This document shows, one piece after another, positions 44,805 through 46,190 of a DNA stretch of 46,190 nucleotides. The first letter of the stretch is position 1. Each line of letters opens with the position of its first letter. The notes below the pieces were generated by a model. That model was not told where the DNA came from, made no database searches, and worked only from the letters and a program-made list of their open reading frames with translations. Source of the stretch: Thraustochytrium aureum (taxonomy: Eukaryota); contig BLSG01000240.1 in NCBI GenBank assembly GCA_012862495.1, positions 96,893-143,082 of the forward strand. The letters are read 5' to 3'. The position numbers and the translations under genes are program-made.

Positions 44805-46001
44805 ATGTCGATCATCGACGTGTTGCAGGCGCGGCTGAGCGACTGGCTCTGGAACGTGGACGAGAGCGAGACTGAGAGCCAGGCGGACAGCGTGGACGAG
44901 CACATGGGCGGCAGCCGGCTCCGCACAAAAATGAGCAACCCGCAAGACACGGAGAGAAAGTTGCCGCTGCCACGCAAGTTCGAGATCGACGAGAGCGTCA
45001 AGCAGACAACCGTGATGGCGCGCGACGGGGTCAACCTGAACGTTCGCGTGATTGAAGGCGCGGCGGGCCCCGGGAACGGCGGCAAAGGCAAGGTCATGCT
45101 CCTGGCCAGCCCGCTGGGGTTTAGCAACATGTACGTGTTCCGGCCGATCATCCACCACTTCGGGGACGAGTTCACATACGTGAACTGGGACTACCGTGGC
45201 GTGTTCAAGTCGGACAACCCCAAGCGCATGCGAAAGATCTCCATCCGCGACCAGGCCGAAGACGCCTTCGACGTACTCACCGGTCTTGGACTAGAGTACG
45301 CCGACGTCATGGTGGGCCACTCGATGGGCGTCTCGGTGTGCTGCGAGTTCACTCTCCTCTACCCAGAGCGCGTCAACTCGCTGATCCTCGTCAACGGGGG
45401 CCACGGCCACGTCTTCAGCACCGCCTTCCAGCCTTTTACGCGCATCCCCTTCATGGGCAACGTCTCCGAGTACATCGTCAAGACCCTGCTGCGCAACAAC
45501 CCGCGCCGCACGATGCAGGTCCTCAAGGCGGTGCTCACGGCCAAGCCCATCGACAAGGCGCTCACGCTCGTGGGCCGCCTCACGGGCACGAAACGCATGA
45601 TCGAGGTCCAGGGGGAGGAGTTCTGGTGCGAGTGGATCCAAATGTACTTTGGCGGCCTCGCCGGCGACGAAAAGTCGGCCGAGGGCTACTGCCGGCTCTT
45701 CCAGGAGCTCCACGCGCACTCCACCTACCACCTGCTCGACCTCATCGAGCACCCGACGCTGCTCATCTCCGGCAAGCTCGACTACCTGACGCCGTCCTAC
45801 CTCATGAAGGAGATGGCGCGTGAGATGCCCAACGCTGAGCACCACTCGGACTGGTTTTCCACGCACCTCACGCTCATGGAGAACCCCGACTTTGTGCTGG
45901 ACCGCGCCGAGGTGTTTCTCAAGGACCTCGAAAACGGCAAGAAGGTGGAGCGCTGCTCGAGCGTCGCGTTTCGCCCAGCGCAGGCCACCATTGAGAACTA
46001 G
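44805..46001 (+). CDS. Alpha/beta-fold hydrolase
   Basis: WDYRG, nucleophile elbow GHSMG, YPERVNSLILVNG, acid PTLLISGKLDYLTP, catalytic His STHLTLMENP. ATG at 44805 sits in a CCACCATG context. Confidence 0.9.
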   Translation: MSIIDVLQARLSDWLWNVDESETESQADSVDEHMGGSRLRTKMSNPQDTERKLPLPRKFEIDESVKQTTVMARDGVNLNVRVIEGAAGPGNGGKGKVMLLASPLGFSNMYVFRPIIHHFGDEFTYVNWDYRGVFKSDNPKRMRKISIRDQAEDAFDVLTGLGLEYADVMVGHSMGVSVCCEFTLLYPERVNSLILVNGGHGHVFSTAFQPFTRIPFMGNVSEYIVKTLLRNNPRRTMQVLKAVLTAKPIDKALTLVGRLTGTKRMIEVQGEEFWCEWIQMYFGGLAGDEKSAEGYCRLFQELHAHSTYHLLDLIEHPTLLISGKLDYLTPSYLMKEMAREMPNAEHHSDWFSTHLTLMENPDFVLDRAEVFLKDLENGKKVERCSSVAFRPAQATIEN

Positions 46002-46190
46002 AATGTTTCAAGCTCGCCTCCTCACCAGGGGACGGGGGCGAGGCAAGCACGTAGAAGGGCCTCAGCGCCCTGGACATGTACTGACCGCTGAACAACCGTA
46101 ACACTGATGACTGAACTGACATGACGATCAACCTCGAACTGGCATGAGAGCCCGGCCCCGTGTCCGAACAGGCCCGCGTCCCTCTCCGCA

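Noticed and set aside
46104..46170. TGATGA...CTGA, possible C/D snoRNA or hammerhead core
   Set aside because: The boxes are adjacent, with no terminal stem, canonical distal D box or GAAA. It is likely 3' UTR.

Overview
Gene-dense, GC-rich, intron-poor eukaryotic nuclear DNA from a gappy draft assembly (14 N-runs). DRC1 and a Chibby-like gene imply a flagellated stage, and the overall style suggests a stramenopile such as a thraustochytrid (inference only). About 17 protein-coding loci are recognisable. In order: GT31 core-1 galactosyltransferase-like, DUSP12/YVH1-like phosphatase, Chibby-like, ECD/SGT1, a two-domain GT92 + fucosyltransferase, TAF7, RUVBL1, an intron-containing SnoaL/NTF2 protein, a KOW-like/Gln-rich protein, DRC1, an SH3-DHR1-DHR2 DOCK GEF, TcdA/TCD fused to DUF2470, gamma-SNAP, a GT47/RXYLT1-like protein, a membrane-anchored A1 aspartic protease lacking one catalytic Asp, SERINC and an alpha/beta hydrolase. 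At least 10 frameshifts, mostly at homopolymers, break six genes and are most likely assembly errors. Repairing them reveals the two most interesting architectures, GT92-FucT and TcdA-DUF2470. I found no tRNA, rRNA, CRISPR or transposase. All family assignments come from motif recognition, not database searches.
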